64,000 nucleotides of DNA, from the IMG/VR virus record IMGVR_UViG_3300027313_000002, positions 1 to 64,000 of that record; one strand, written 5' to 3'. The DNA is from a virus. Shown here piece by piece: positions 8,984 through 19,536 of this stretch (its first letter is position 1; every line of letters begins with the position of its first letter). The notes beneath the pieces were generated by a model that saw only the letters and a program-made list of their open reading frames with translations, had not been told where the DNA came from and ran no database searches. The position numbers and the translations under genes are program-made.

Positions 8984-9418
8984 TCATGCGGGCAGCCTGA
9001 CGCCGTACTTGCCGCTGAACCGGTCGAACCAGACCGTGGCGTCCTGGCCGTCGCCCAGCCGCACCCTCTTCGGGCCGCCGAGGCTGCCCGTCGCGGTCAG
9101 CTGGCGGTCCACGGTGTCCCGGACGGCGCCGCGGGCCATCAGCAGCTTGCGCGCGGCCGTGGTGCCGAGGCCCTCGTAATCCGGCCTGGGCACGGGCACC
9201 TGCCAGCCAGCCGCCTTGAACGCCTGCCAGAGGTGCTTGCAGAAGAAGTCCTCCAGCCGCGCGGGGCGGCCCTCGGGCGGGTTGGCGCGGCGGTACCGGA
9301 AGTCCGGGCACCAGCAGTCAGGCAGCTGCACCCGGTAGGTCCGCTCGGGGTCGGTCTCGGACTGGACCTCGAACGCGGTGGGCCGCAGGGCCATGACGGT
9401 GTCCTTGGTGATGCTCAC
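8984..9418 (-). CDS. SWIM zinc-finger protein
   Basis: CWCPDF...FCKHL motif; GTG start after RBS AAGGGAGG. Confidence 0.8.
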   Translation of the reverse strand: MSITKDTVMALRPTAFEVQSETDPERTYRVQLPDCWCPDFRYRRANPPEGRPARLEDFFCKHLWQAFKAAGWQVPVPRPDYEGLGTTAARKLLMARGAVRDTVDRQLTATGSLGGPKRVRLGDGQDATVWFDRFSGKYGVRLPA

Positions 9419-9444
9419 GGTGTGCCTCCCTTGCACTCGTTGGG

Positions 9445-9479
9445 TTGTCTGGAGTCAAGTCTAACTCGGGGCACTGTCA
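9445..9479 (-). promoter_or_regulatory. Promoter TGACAG-N10-TAGACT (PafBC-like, 1 mismatch) with operator 9445-9458
   Basis: Read directly. Confidence 0.55.
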
Positions 9480-11333
9480 TTTTCGCGGCCCGGCGGTGCC
9501 GTCCGAGCGCAGCACCATCCGGTTGCGGTTCCGGGTGCGCCCGGTGGCCACGAGCACCTCCAGCGCGGCCACCCGGTCCTCCAGCTCGGCGATCCGGCCG
9601 CCCTCCAGCGCGGCGATCCGGCCCCGGGCAATGTCCAGCTGGTGCTGCAGCCGGGTGATGTAGTCCCGGGCCCAGGCGGGCAGCAGGGCGATGCGCTCGG
9701 GGGTCGCGTCGGTGCGGGCGCCGTAGCGGGCCATCAGTACGGCGGCTTGTCGTCCTCAGGGCGCACGGCGTAAACCGCAAGCGCCGCGCAGGCTGCCGTG
9801 ATCCGCCGCCGCCCCCGGTCGCAGCCCTCGTGCCACTTCGGGTCAGCCGGGTGCGGCTCGGACAGCAGCAGGTCCAGGCCCTGCATGCAGGCCCGCAGGT
9901 AGTCATAGGTCCGCTGCCAGCTGCCCAGCCAGGACTCGGGCACGGCCGCATCATCCGGCGCTATCACCGAGACCACCGGGCCGTCGTAGTCGGACTGCAG
10001 CGAGACCACGGTGCCCTGCTGGGGGGACCGGCGATCCCACGGCGGGCCCGGCACGGTCACCGTGTCGCCGACCTTGGTGCCGTCCGGGGCCTCGTAGGTG
10101 TACCGGCGCGCGGCGCCGGGCAGCTCGACCAGGATCCTCATGCTGATGCCTCCTCCGCGGTGTAGGGCTCGACGATGACCTCGTCGCGGGCCAGGATGGT
10201 CACCCGGCCCGAGGCCTGCCAGCCGCCGCTCCAGTCGATGGTCTCCTGCACCTTGCTCTTCCAGCGCCTGGCGACCGCCCAGCCGCGGGCCGGGTCGTAG
10301 GCCCACCACGGGTCGGACCAGGCGCCCCTGACGGACAGCCCGCCGATGTGCCGGCTGCGCGGCCCGGCGATGAACGACACCGGGGCCCGGGCGATCAGCT
10401 GGTAGCCCTCGACCCAGTCGCCGGCGGCCAGCTCGCGCGGCGGCAGCTCGGGCAGCCCGGTCACGGGACCAGCCGCCAGCCGTTGCGCGCGGCGGTGCCC
10501 AGCGCGGTGATCCGGCGCTCGGTCTCGGTCGAGTCCCCGGCGCACCAGGTGCCGCCGGGCATGTGCTTCACAGCCCAGGCGTACCGGTCCGGCCGGGCGT
10601 ACTCGTACCGGCCAGGGAACTTGCGGGCCTGCTCCAGCACCCACTCGGCCTCGGCGGGCGGGTAACCGCGCGCGGCCAGGTAGCCGCGGGCCTGCTCCTC
10701 GGTGCCGCCCTGCACCTCGGCGGGCATGACCTGCTCAGCCATCGCCGGCCAGCTCCCGGGTGAAGTCGGTCGGCGTCTGTGCCATCCCGGCAAACCCGGC
10801 CAGCGGCTTGGCATCGGCGATGAACGCCAGCTGGCCCTTCTCCACCCGGACCACGAGGTCGTTGCCGCCCTCCGGGTCCGCGCAGGTCAGCAGCACGTGC
10901 TGCTCATCCCGCTCGACCTCGAAGCTCTTGACGTACCCGAACATGTCAGCCATGGCTCCTCCTAGTGGGTCGCGTAGGCGATGGCCGTACGGATGACTTC
11001 GGCCGTGGGGGTGCGGGACCAGCCCGACACCGGCACCGAGTAGCCGCCGCGCTCGCGGCTCTCATCGTCCACCCAGCGGGTAACCGGGCCCTTGACGAAG
11101 CTGAACGGCGGGTCAACCATGTTGACGGCCTGCCAGAGCGTGAGGCCGAGGCCGACGTCGGCATTCAGGATGATGCTGTAGGCGTTGTCCCACGTGGCCT
11201 CGCACGGGGTCTCGACCGCGGCGCGCAGCCGGTCTTTCAGCGCCCTGCCTAGCCGCCCGCTCATGTTGGTCATCGAGTCCAGGTCGCGCTCCAGCGTGTC
11301 GCCCGGCTGCGGCTTCTCGGAAGTCTCGCTCAT
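9477..11333 (-). CDS. Run of six small hypothetical genes (9477-9734, 9734-~10142, 10138-~10464, 10461-~10742, 10735-10953, 10962-11333)
   Basis: Tightly overlapping ORFs downstream of the 11382-11411 promoter; internal starts approximate. Confidence 0.65.
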
Positions 11334-11381
11334 GATGTGCCCCACCCTCTAGTACGGCCCTGGGACCGGGCCACTGATCCC

Positions 11382-11411
11382 ATGGTACCAGGCTGACTTG
11401 ACTCGGGTCAA
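11382..11411 (-). promoter_or_regulatory. Promoter TTGACC-N18-TACCAT with operator 11398-11411
   Basis: Read directly. Confidence 0.8.
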
Positions 11412-11502
11412 ATTATTCCTCGTCGGCGGGACGGTCCGGGTCCTCGGGATGGCGCTCCCGGCGGAGCATGAATTTCAGCTCGGTCATGGCGATGCTGTGC
11501 CC

Positions 11503-13060
11503 TCACTGCTCATGGCCGGCCTTCTTGATGCCGAGCAGGGGCCAGCAGTAGTGCACGGTACCGTCGGAGTGCAGCACCTCGAACTCGCCGTCCGTGCCGA
11601 AGCCCAGCAGCGTGCCCTCGGTCACCACGGCCGGCGTCTCGCCCTCGGCCAGTTTCAGGGTGACGACCACGCGCTTGCCCAGCAGAGGCCGCGCCTCGTC
11701 GAGCGGGTTACCGGCCATCACCTGGCCGCCTTGGCGAACTGGGCCACCATGCGCAGGAAGTCCTGCAGCGGCGGCTTCTCGACCGGTGCCCTTGATCCAG
11801 CCGTAGCCGCCGTCGGGGGCCTCGATGGCCAGGATGGTGACGTGCCCATCGACGCCGCCGCCGAGGATCATGCGCCCGCCGGCGAACTGGTCGGCCCGCT
11901 CCTGCATGTCCGCGTAGAACTCGCGGGACATCCCGTCACGGTCCTCGATGATCATTCTCATGCTGCGTGCCTCCTCCTCAGCGGGCAGTTACCCGGGTCG
12001 CGGTGCCGCACCAGGTGCGGCCGGACCTGCCAGTAGCTGGCGCGCAGGCAGGCGATGCACTGCCCGGCGGCCAGCGCCTGGTCGCGGATGACCGCCCAGG
12101 CGGCCTCCTCCTCGGCCCGCTTGCGCGCGGTGTACTCGGCGTGCCAGCGGGCCACGGCCTCGCGCCGCGCCTGCTCGGCCTCGCGCTCGGCCTGCTCCTC
12201 GTACCAGGCGGCCAGCCGGACCGCAGAATAATTCACCAGGCAGGCCGGGTTCTGGCAGCCGTGCGCCTCCCAGGCCGCGCGGTCGCTGTCGTAGTAACCC
12301 TGCGGGCGGTATTCGCTGCCCTCGGCCTGGCAGTAGCGGATGCGGTCCAGCTCGCGGGCGTTGTGGCCCTCGGGGCTGATCACCGGGGACTCGCACCACG
12401 GGCAGGCGTACTCCCCGTACGGGTAGTCCCGGGCGGGGCGCTCGGACCCGTCGGCCAGCACGACGAAGATGACCCGCTCGGGGTGCTCGGCCCGCTCGCG
12501 CTCGGCGAAGCCGCCCGGCTCGATGACGGTGCTCACGGCCTGGCCTCCTCGCGCTCGATGCTGCCGGGCGGGTAGGCCTGGGGGCCGGGCTCGGGCAGCT
12601 GCGCAGCGCGCAGCCGCTCCACCTGGCCGACCAGCCCGTCGCGCTCGGCCTCGACGGCCTCGATGTAGGCCCGGGCGTACAGCGGCAGCCGGTAGAACTG
12701 GTCCGCGGTCAGCCCCGCGCGGATGGGGAAGCCGCCGATGCGCTTCCAGGCCACCTGGTCGCGGCGCGCGGCGGGGCCCGCCGGGGTGGCGGGCCCCTCG
12801 CTCGTGCTCACCTGCTACCTCCCTTCGCTCGTGGTCACCGCGACACCGTAGCCGCGGCCCTCGCACCAGTACTCCCCGCGCGCCCACGCGTGGGCGGGGT
12901 GCGGGGTCTTGCGGGCCTCGCACTGCCGGTACAGCGGCCCGTCCTCGGCCATGTGCTGCGGCAGGATCGCGTAGCCGGGCTCGTCGCTATAGTCGGTCAG
13001 CTGGCCGGCGGTCATGAACGGGCCGTCCAGCGGGTCCGGGCCCTGCGGCTGCTGCGCCAT
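11503..13060 (-). CDS. Hypothetical genes (11503-11961, 11958-12536 with CxxC motifs, 12533-12811, 12815-13060)
   Basis: Overlapping ORFs downstream of the double-operator promoter. Confidence 0.65.
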
Positions 13061-13078
13061 CTCAGTCCTCCAATATGC

Positions 13079-13120
13079 TTGACTGGAGTCAAGTCTACTC
13101 GCGTCCTCGACTCCAGTCAA
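13079..13120 (-). promoter_or_regulatory. Promoter TTGACT-N17-TAGACT with two operators (13079-13092, 13107-13120)
   Basis: Read directly. Confidence 0.9.
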
Positions 13121-13130
13121 GCGATACGGT

Positions 13131-13646
13131 TCAGCGGCTCAGGACGTGCCCGGCCGTGTCGCGCACGTCGGACTCGCGCCGCTCCTCGGCCTGGGCCAGC
13201 GCGGAGAGCGCGAGCCGCCGCGTCTCGGTATAGACCTGGACTGCGCGCCGCGCGGACTCCAGATCATGCGTAGCCTGGTTGACCTGCTGCTGGCACAGCA
13301 CCACGATGGTACGGCCGAGCGCGGCCTCGGCAGTGCGCAGCCGGGCCTCGCCGACCTCGGTCAGGCCGTACCGGCGGCTGCCGTGAAGCGTGCGGTACCC
13401 AGCCCAGCCCTTGCTCACCAGGCGCCGCGCCACGCGGTGCCACTGCACCGGGTGATCCGGGTCCGGCAGCCAGCGCTCGGCGGACAGCTCGGTGATCAGG
13501 TGCATGCGGTGAATGCCGTCCGGCTGGCCAGGGGTCGGCTCGCGGCGCAGGGCCGAGGCATCGCGCAGCGCGCGGGCCAGGGCCAGCTCGTCGGGGGTGA
13601 AGTGGCGCAGCGCCGCCTCGGTCATCTCGGTCTGGTACAGGCTCAT
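13131..13646 (-). CDS. Putative winged-helix protein with coiled coil
   Basis: RRLVSKGW...RRYGLTEVGEARL resembles a PadR/MarR wing. Confidence 0.55.
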   Translation of the reverse strand: MSLYQTEMTEAALRHFTPDELALARALRDASALRREPTPGQPDGIHRMHLITELSAERWLPDPDHPVQWHRVARRLVSKGWAGYRTLHGSRRYGLTEVGEARLRTAEAALGRTIVVLCQQQVNQATHDLESARRAVQVYTETRRLALSALAQAEERRESDVRDTAGHVLSR

Positions 13647-13659
13647 GGTGCCGTCCCCC

Positions 13660-13860
13660 TCACGCGCGCCAGCGCGCGAACTCGATGTCGCCGGCCGACA
13701 GGGCCAGCCGAGCCATGCCCGCCGGGTCCTCGGCCGCGCCGTCGGCGATGGCGGCCAGGACCGAGCGGTACATCTCATCCTCCAGCCCGTGCGCGTGCTC
13801 GTCGTCTGCCTTGTTGCGGGCCACCTCGTCCACCAGGCCCTGCACATCCTTGACGTTCAT
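13660..13860 (-). CDS. Small conserved phage protein (DDEHAHGLEDEMY...IEFARW)
   Basis: 66-aa ORF after an operator/promoter. Confidence 0.7.
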   Translation of the reverse strand: MNVKDVQGLVDEVARNKADDEHAHGLEDEMYRSVLAAIADGAAEDPAGMARLALSAGDIEFARWRA

Positions 13861-13914
13861 GGCGCCGTCCCTTGCTCGGGGGTTGTCAGTACCCCTATAT
13901 CCTCTCATACGGAC

Positions 13915-13928
13915 TTGACTGGAGTCAA
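13915..13928. promoter_or_regulatory. Operator TTGACTGGAGTCAA on a -35 element
   Basis: Exact motif match. Confidence 0.85.
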
Positions 13929-13957
13929 GCAGGCGGCGCGCCCTGGACGCGGGAATC

Positions 13958-14164
13958 TCAGGTCACGCGGTACACCGGGCCGTCTGCCAGGCGCAGCTCC
14001 TCATGCACGCGGTGAACCGGGCACCACGCCAGGCCGCCCAGGCCCGCGGCCCTGATCCGGCCCTCGACACCGGAGCGGGTCAGCCGGTAGCGCTGCGCGA
14101 TCACGCACGCCGAGAGGCCCTGCCGGTACAGCCCGGCCGCCTGCTCGCTGGTCAGCCTGGCCAT
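13958..14164 (-). CDS. Small HTH DNA-binding protein
   Basis: LYRQGLSACVIAQRYRLTRSGVEGRIRAAG helix-turn-helix pattern. Confidence 0.7.
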   Translation of the reverse strand: MARLTSEQAAGLYRQGLSACVIAQRYRLTRSGVEGRIRAAGLGGLAWCPVHRVHEELRLADGPVYRVT

Positions 14165-14197
14165 GGAAGGAGATTATTTCCTGCCGATGGTCCGGGT

Positions 14198-14674
14198 ATG
14201 GCCACCACCCCGCTGCCGGGCGTCCCGGCGCCCGCGCAGCCCTCCCTCGGCGACCAGCTGCGCACCGCGGTCTCGCTCAACCCGGTCGCCGTCACCTGGG
14301 CGGTCAACACCGCCCTGGTGCTCGCCGCGGGGTTCGGCCTGCGGCTGGACCGGTCCCAGGCCGGCGCGATCACCACCGTGAGCACCTCCCTGGTCGCGGT
14401 GATCACCGCGCTGGCCGCCCGGCCGTGGTTCATCCCGGGCATCACCGGGGCCACCGCCGCGGTGCTGGCCGCGGCCTCGGCGTTCGGGCTGCACGCCAGC
14501 GGCCCGCAGGTCAGCGCGCTGACCGCGGGCCTGTCCGCGGTGCTCATGCTGCTGACCCACCAGGCCGTGATCCCGGTGGCCGCGCACCGCCTCGGGCTGA
14601 CCGCCGAGGACATCCTGCTCGGGAAGGTACCGCCCAACGGGCGCCACCACGCGCTGCCGATAGAGCAGGCATGA
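14198..14674 (+). CDS. Holin-like four-TM membrane protein
   Basis: Tandemly duplicated two-TM unit; leaderless start 9 nt after CCGAT; coupled to an amidase gene. Confidence 0.55.
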   Translation: MATTPLPGVPAPAQPSLGDQLRTAVSLNPVAVTWAVNTALVLAAGFGLRLDRSQAGAITTVSTSLVAVITALAARPWFIPGITGATAAVLAAASAFGLHASGPQVSALTAGLSAVLMLLTHQAVIPVAAHRLGLTAEDILLGKVPPNGRHHALPIEQA

Positions 14675-15243
14675 CACTGCTGCAGGCGGCGCCCGGTGAC
14701 GTGCTGGCGGTCTGGACCTCGGCCAGCTGGGCCTCGGACGCGATCCGGGCCGGCGAGGCGCTGATGGGCAGGCCCGCCGTCGCCAACCACGTGGCCATCG
14801 TCACCCACCAGGACAGGCGCGGCCGGTGGATCGCGGTGCAGGGCGAGCCCGGCGGGGTCGGCCTGGTCGACGTCACCCCCTGGCTGCCGGACTCCCGGAC
14901 CCGGTCCAACCACGGCCAGCCCAAGCCGGACAACCGCGGCCAGCTGAGCACCCTGCTCGCCTCGGCCGCGAAGTCCGTCGGCATCGCCTATGACTGGGTG
15001 GGCATCGCCGAGGACACCTGCCGGGCACTGCACCTGACCGACCTGAGCGAGGCGATCGACCCGCTGTGGCGCTGGCCCAGCGACCACAACCTGCTGCCCG
15101 GGCACGTGGTCTGCAGCTCGCTGGCGGCCATGCTGTACGACCTGCCCGAGGTCGGCTACGCGCACCCGGACCTGGGCGATGAGCGCAAGTGCACCCCTGC
15201 CGACTGGTGGGACTTCAGTGACCGCCAGCTGTGGGCGAAGTGA
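14671..15243 (+). CDS. Permuted papain-like NlpC/P60 (YiiX-type) amidase/peptidase
   Basis: PGDVL...NHVAIV...YDW...VVCSSLAAMLY (His before Cys). Confidence 0.8.
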   Translation: MTLLQAAPGDVLAVWTSASWASDAIRAGEALMGRPAVANHVAIVTHQDRRGRWIAVQGEPGGVGLVDVTPWLPDSRTRSNHGQPKPDNRGQLSTLLASAAKSVGIAYDWVGIAEDTCRALHLTDLSEAIDPLWRWPSDHNLLPGHVVCSSLAAMLYDLPEVGYAHPDLGDERKCTPADWWDFSDRQLWAK

Positions 15244-15250
15244 CCCCGGG

Positions 15251-16960
15251 CTAGCCCGGCCAGCCGTCCCGCTCCAGCTTCGCCAGGTCGCGGCGGACCT
15301 CGCGGCGGGCCTGCCAGGCCGGCCACCACCTGGTCGCAACCAGGACAGCCAGGATGCCGACGGCGAGCGTCACGGCCAGGCCCAGGGCCAGCGCCCAGGC
15401 CGGCAGCGGCGGCCCGGGTGGCGCACCCGCCGGCCACCGGGTCACGACGGCAGCTCCGGCTGAGGCGCGCGCTCCAGCTCCTTGAGGAACGCGGTCATCC
15501 GGGCCCCGGACAGCCAGCCGGTCTCCTTGGCCCGGATGGCCAGCCCGTGCAGCTCGCAGGCCCGGCCGATGTGCCCGGGCAGCGGCATCCCGGCGCGGCG
15601 CAGCGGGCCCGGGTTCGGGTGCCTGTCAGCCAGCCGGCGCAGCATCCACAGCGGCACCCAGGTCTCCTCCAGCAGGACGCCCTCCTCCCAGGCCGGGCGC
15701 CAGGCGGTCCTCACGTCCGGCCCCCGCGGGCCGAGTACCAGATGAGCCCGAGCCCGGCCACGGCACACAGCGACGCCATCACGGCCAGGCCCAGCGCCAG
15801 AGACATCACGAAGAGCGCCATCACGATGCCGCCGGACAGGTACAGCGGCCAGTCCTCCCGCCACGCCTGCCGGTCGAAGAACCAGGCCAGGAACTGCCTC
15901 ATCACGGGCGCCAGCGCATGGCATCGCCGGTCAGGACCTGGGACCGGCCGTCCAGGACGCACACGATCCAGGCGTAGACGGCCAGCTCCCACCACGCAGG
16001 ACGCACGCCCCAGGCCAGCGCGGCAGTGATCACCGCCGCGCACGCTAGCGAGACCGCCGACAGCGCCAGGCTGATCCGCGCCCAGCGCCGGGCCAGGAGC
16101 ACCTCAGTCTCCCCTCGACGCGTCCCGCTCGCGCTCGGCCGCGCTGCGGAACGGCTCGCCGGTCTCGACCGGCGCCACCCAGGGCCCGGGACCGGTATAG
16201 CCCGCGCGATCCCGGGCCGCGTCCGCGTGCGCCTCGCTGTCGTCGTCGGCCAGGTGCGGCACCGGCACGGGCGCCGGGTGCTCCCAGCCGGGGTGCCCGG
16301 TGACAGGCTCGCCCGACTCGTAGCGCTCGGCCAGCTCGACCAGGTGGACCACCGCGGCGTCCAGCTCGACGGCCAGCGGCGGGCGGCCGGGCCCGCGCTG
16401 GCAGATGGTCTCGATCCGGTTCCGCGCGGCCTGCTCGGCCACCTCGAACGCGTCCGCCTCCCGGCCGTGGCGGCCGGGCCCGCGGTACTCCGTGCGGAAC
16501 CTGGTCAGGTAGGCGCAGGCGCGGTGCTCGTCGACGGCGATCAGGTAGACGTCCAGGCGGCCGGAGCCGCGGACCGTGCGGTCCAGGGTGTACCACTCCA
16601 TCAGGCCTCCTCATGCTCGCAGCCGGGCTCATCCAGCAGCAGCCCGCCGCTCAGCTGGCCCAGGTCATAACCGCGCTCGGCCTCGGCGGCCAGCGCCTCG
16701 AAGTCCGCATCGCCCATCAGCTTGCCGCGGGCGGTGATCAGCGCCTGCAGGGCCTCGCGCAGCGCGGCCTCGGTGCCCTGGTCCTCGCAGCCGGGCTCAT
16801 CCAGCAGCAGCCCGCCGCGCAGCCGACCATACGGGCCGGCCATCAGGTCGCCCATCCGCCGGAAGAACGAGCCCTCGGCCTGGTCGGTGCACGCATCATG
16901 CAGGCCGTCGATCAGCTGCGCCAGGTCCGGCACCGGGTCATAGCCGCGCGCTGCGGTCAT
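15251..16960 (-). CDS. Run of small hypothetical and membrane genes (15251-15445, 15442-~15714, 15711-~15906, 15902-16102, 16104-16601, 16601-16960)
   Basis: Overlapping ORFs, several with TM segments. Confidence 0.6.
16616..16818. repeat. 35-bp direct repeat (16616-16650, 16784-16818) encoding GGLLLDEPGCE twice
   Basis: Identical copies read directly. Confidence 0.9.
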
Positions 16961-17151
16961 CCCCCCGTCACCTCCAGGTGCTCGGCCACGTCCGCCGGCA
17001 CGATGGCCGCGACGCGCCGGCCGTGGTCGGTCAGCCAGGTCACGCGGTCCTGGTCGCTGGCATTGTCGATGGCGTCGCGCAGCTGCTCCAGCCAGGCCTG
17101 CGTAACGTGCATCCCGAGCAGGTGCCCGACGTCCAGCGCGGTCCCGCTCAT
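16957..17151 (-). CDS. Phd/YefM-family antitoxin-like protein
   Basis: QLRDAIDNA...RVTWLTDHGRRVAAIVPAD matches the Phd DNA-binding domain pattern. Confidence 0.75.
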   Translation of the reverse strand: MSGTALDVGHLLGMHVTQAWLEQLRDAIDNASDQDRVTWLTDHGRRVAAIVPADVAEHLEVTGG

Positions 17152-17552
17152 GATGCCGCCCACGCCTGCTCGCGGTCCCGGAACCAGGCGATGCGGATGT
17201 GCCGGCTGGCCTCCCCGGCCAGCGCGACCGCCAGCTCCAGCACCCGGAGCATGGCCCGGGCCTCGGCCTCGCAGGCGGGCCCGTCCCGCATCGCCCAGGT
17301 GACCTCGGCGCCCGTGTCGCTGGCGCCCGGCTCGCCCGGGTCCGGCGTGGTGGTGATGACGACCCGGGCCTGCAGGCCGGGCACCGGCACGGGGTCCAGC
17401 GCGCCCGCGTTCACCGCGATGACGTCCACCTCGCGGTCGGCCAGCAGGGCGCCCAGCGCGGCCTCGAAGCCGGTCTCGTCCTCCTCGCCGCGGGGGGTCA
17501 GGTCCCGGCCGCCCCGGGCGATGATGCGGACCTTGTGCGGGTCATAGCTCAC
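17148..17552 (-). CDS. Hypothetical protein
   Basis: GTG start after RBS AGGGAGG and a promoter. Confidence 0.7.
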   Translation of the reverse strand: MSYDPHKVRIIARGGRDLTPRGEEDETGFEAALGALLADREVDVIAVNAGALDPVPVPGLQARVVITTTPDPGEPGASDTGAEVTWAMRDGPACEAEARAMLRVLELAVALAGEASRHIRIAWFRDREQAWAAS

Positions 17553-17594
17553 GTGCTCGTGCCTCCCTGTTCCGGTGATGCGGTCACGGGGCCC

Positions 17595-17623
17595 ATGATA
17601 GCGGGTCGCTTGACTGCAGTCAA
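17595..17623 (-). promoter_or_regulatory. Promoter TTGACT-N17-TATCAT with perfect palindromic operator TTGACTGCAGTCAA (17610-17623)
   Basis: Read directly. Confidence 0.9.
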
Positions 17624-18004
17624 AGCCCGGGGCGCCGGGCGCGGCCGGGGACGGCGCAGCACCGGCCGGGCCAGTACCGCGAGCCCGGCCGCCATGGCCA
17701 GGGCGAACGCCGCGCCGGGCACGGCCATGCCGGGGCGGGCCAGCCCGGCGGCGGCCTCGGCGGCCAGGAACGCGCCGAGCGCGGCCAGGACCGCCAGGCC
17801 GGCGATGAGGACGGCGCGCATCACGGCCTCCGCTCCCGGACCGCCCAGTCGGTCAGCTCGGCCGCCGCGGGGGTCATTTCCTCCAGCGCCTGCGCCGGGA
17901 AGTCCTCCAGGCACCCGGTGTCGGTGAAGTCATCGGGCACCTCGACCGCATGCGTGCTCTTCCAGGTGCAGGTGACCTGCACGATCTTCATCGCGCCCTC
18001 CTCT

Positions 18005-18937
18005 CTAGAACGGGGGATTATTTCCCTGCGGGTCCGGGTCGTACGGCGGCGGCTTGGGGGCCCGCTTCGGGTGAGTGCCGCGGCACTCGCAGCCGCGGTC
18101 CCGGCACAGGTCGCAGCGCTTGTCCAGGCAGTCATTGCAGTGCGCGCGCAGCAGGTACCCGTAGCCGGCTGGCAGGACCCGGGTCTTCGGCATCGGCGGG
18201 GCGCCGGGGGGCGGCGTGACCTGTCCGTTACCGTTGGGGGCGCGGGGCGGGCGGCTGCCATTGCCAGCCATCACGCGCGGCCGGGGGGAAGACCGGCCGC
18301 GAGCGGGCCGCCCGCCCCGCGCCTTGCGGGCCCGGCTCACGCCGTGCGTGGTGCGCTGCACGCGCGCCCGGGCACCGAGGTAGCGGCGGCGCCGGAACGG
18401 CCACAGCAGCGCGGTGCCGTAGCCGGTGCAGCAGTCCTCGGCGATGTGCAGGCCCATGCCCAGCGCGATCATCCAGGCCAGCGCGCCCGGGTCCCGGGTC
18501 ACCACGTACCAGGCGAGCCCGGCGCCGGCCAGCAGCGCGACCGGGCCCTGGCGGGCGAACCCGGTGGCGATCAGCCCGCCGGCGACCAGCACCGCGAGGA
18601 ACGCGCCGAACGCCCAGGCGGCCGGGCGGCAGTGCGCGACGCCCACGGTCCACAGGGCCAGGCCGGACAGCGCCGCGGTGACCGGGATGCTGTGCAGGCC
18701 CTGGCGGTGCCCGCCGAACGCGACCGCGGCCAGGTGGGACACGCCCCGGCTCAGCGGGCCCGCGGTCCAGGCGAACGTGGCGCGCGGGTGGTCGATGTCG
18801 GGGGCCAGCGCCAGCCCGCCGACGGCCAGCCCCTGCACCGCGGCCAGGGCCAGGTGATGCTGCCACGGGCCCGGGACGGCGAAGGCCAGGGCGGCGCCGG
18901 CGATCATGCCGCTCGCGGCGTGGGTGGTTCCCTCCAG
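18005..18937 (-). CDS. Membrane metal-dependent hydrolase (YdjM family) with basic/Cys-rich tail; probable CTG start
   Basis: GTTHAASG, APDIDHP, GHRQGLHS, HIAEDCCT..G..LLWP motifs. Confidence 0.85.
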   Translation of the reverse strand: MEGTTHAASGMIAGAALAFAVPGPWQHHLALAAVQGLAVGGLALAPDIDHPRATFAWTAGPLSRGVSHLAAVAFGGHRQGLHSIPVTAALSGLALWTVGVAHCRPAAWAFGAFLAVLVAGGLIATGFARQGPVALLAGAGLAWYVVTRDPGALAWMIALGMGLHIAEDCCTGYGTALLWPFRRRRYLGARARVQRTTHGVSRARKARGGRPARGRSSPRPRVMAGNGSRPPRAPNGNGQVTPPPGAPPMPKTRVLPAGYGYLLRAHCNDCLDKRCDLCRDRGCECRGTHPKRAPKPPPYDPDPQGNNPPF

Positions 18938-18938
18938 C

Positions 18939-19460
18939 TCACACTCCCTCGTACAGGCCCAAGTCTGAATTGGTGAGCGCGAACTCGCCGAAGTGCCGCG
19001 GCGCCGCGTCGTCGTAGGCCCGTGCCGCGTCCCGCTCATCATCGAAGTACCCAAGATGCACATGCCGCCCGGCACACGTAAGGCCAGCTGCCCACCGGCC
19101 GGTCCGCGGGGTGAAGCTGACGCCCTTGAACCGGGACGACGCATTGGCGCGCTTGCGCTTGGCGGTGTTCGCCTGGTTCTGGCCATCGGCGGCCTCGCGC
19201 AGGTTGAGCCGCGTGTTGTTCAGCCCGTTGCGGTCCCGGTGATCCACCCGTGGCCAGCCCGTGATGAGCGTGTGCATGGCGATGTAGCGCGGCGAACGCC
19301 CGAGCGGGCGGCTGAACGAGCCCGGGACGTAGGCCACCGCGTACCACAGGCCGTTGCCCTTGCGATGAGCACACCAGGTGAACCCGGCGACCAGCGGCAC
19401 GTCGGCCAGGTCGGCGAGGGCCGCCTTGCCCTGGCTGAGCAGGATGCTGACTGGTTCCAT
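18939..19460 (-). CDS. HNH endonuclease with AP2 domain
   Basis: VDHRDRNGLNNTRLNLR; SSRFKGVS...HLGYFDDERDAARAYD. Confidence 0.92.
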   Translation of the reverse strand: MEPVSILLSQGKAALADLADVPLVAGFTWCAHRKGNGLWYAVAYVPGSFSRPLGRSPRYIAMHTLITGWPRVDHRDRNGLNNTRLNLREAADGQNQANTAKRKRANASSRFKGVSFTPRTGRWAAGLTCAGRHVHLGYFDDERDAARAYDDAAPRHFGEFALTNSDLGLYEGV

Positions 19461-19536
19461 CGTTCTCCCGGTGCTCGCCGGCCCGGGACAGCGGCCGGCT
19501 CAGGTAGCTGGTGCGCAGCGGGGTTGCCATGCCCCC

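Noticed and set aside
13883-13903. Plus-strand PafBC-type promoter TTGTCAG...TATCCT
   Set aside because: Spacer is 8 nt rather than 10 and no plus-strand gene follows directly
19039-19530. 163-aa leaderless ORF overlapping the HNH gene
   Set aside because: Mostly overlaps the well-supported HNH-AP2 gene in another frame and is low complexity; at most a leader peptide
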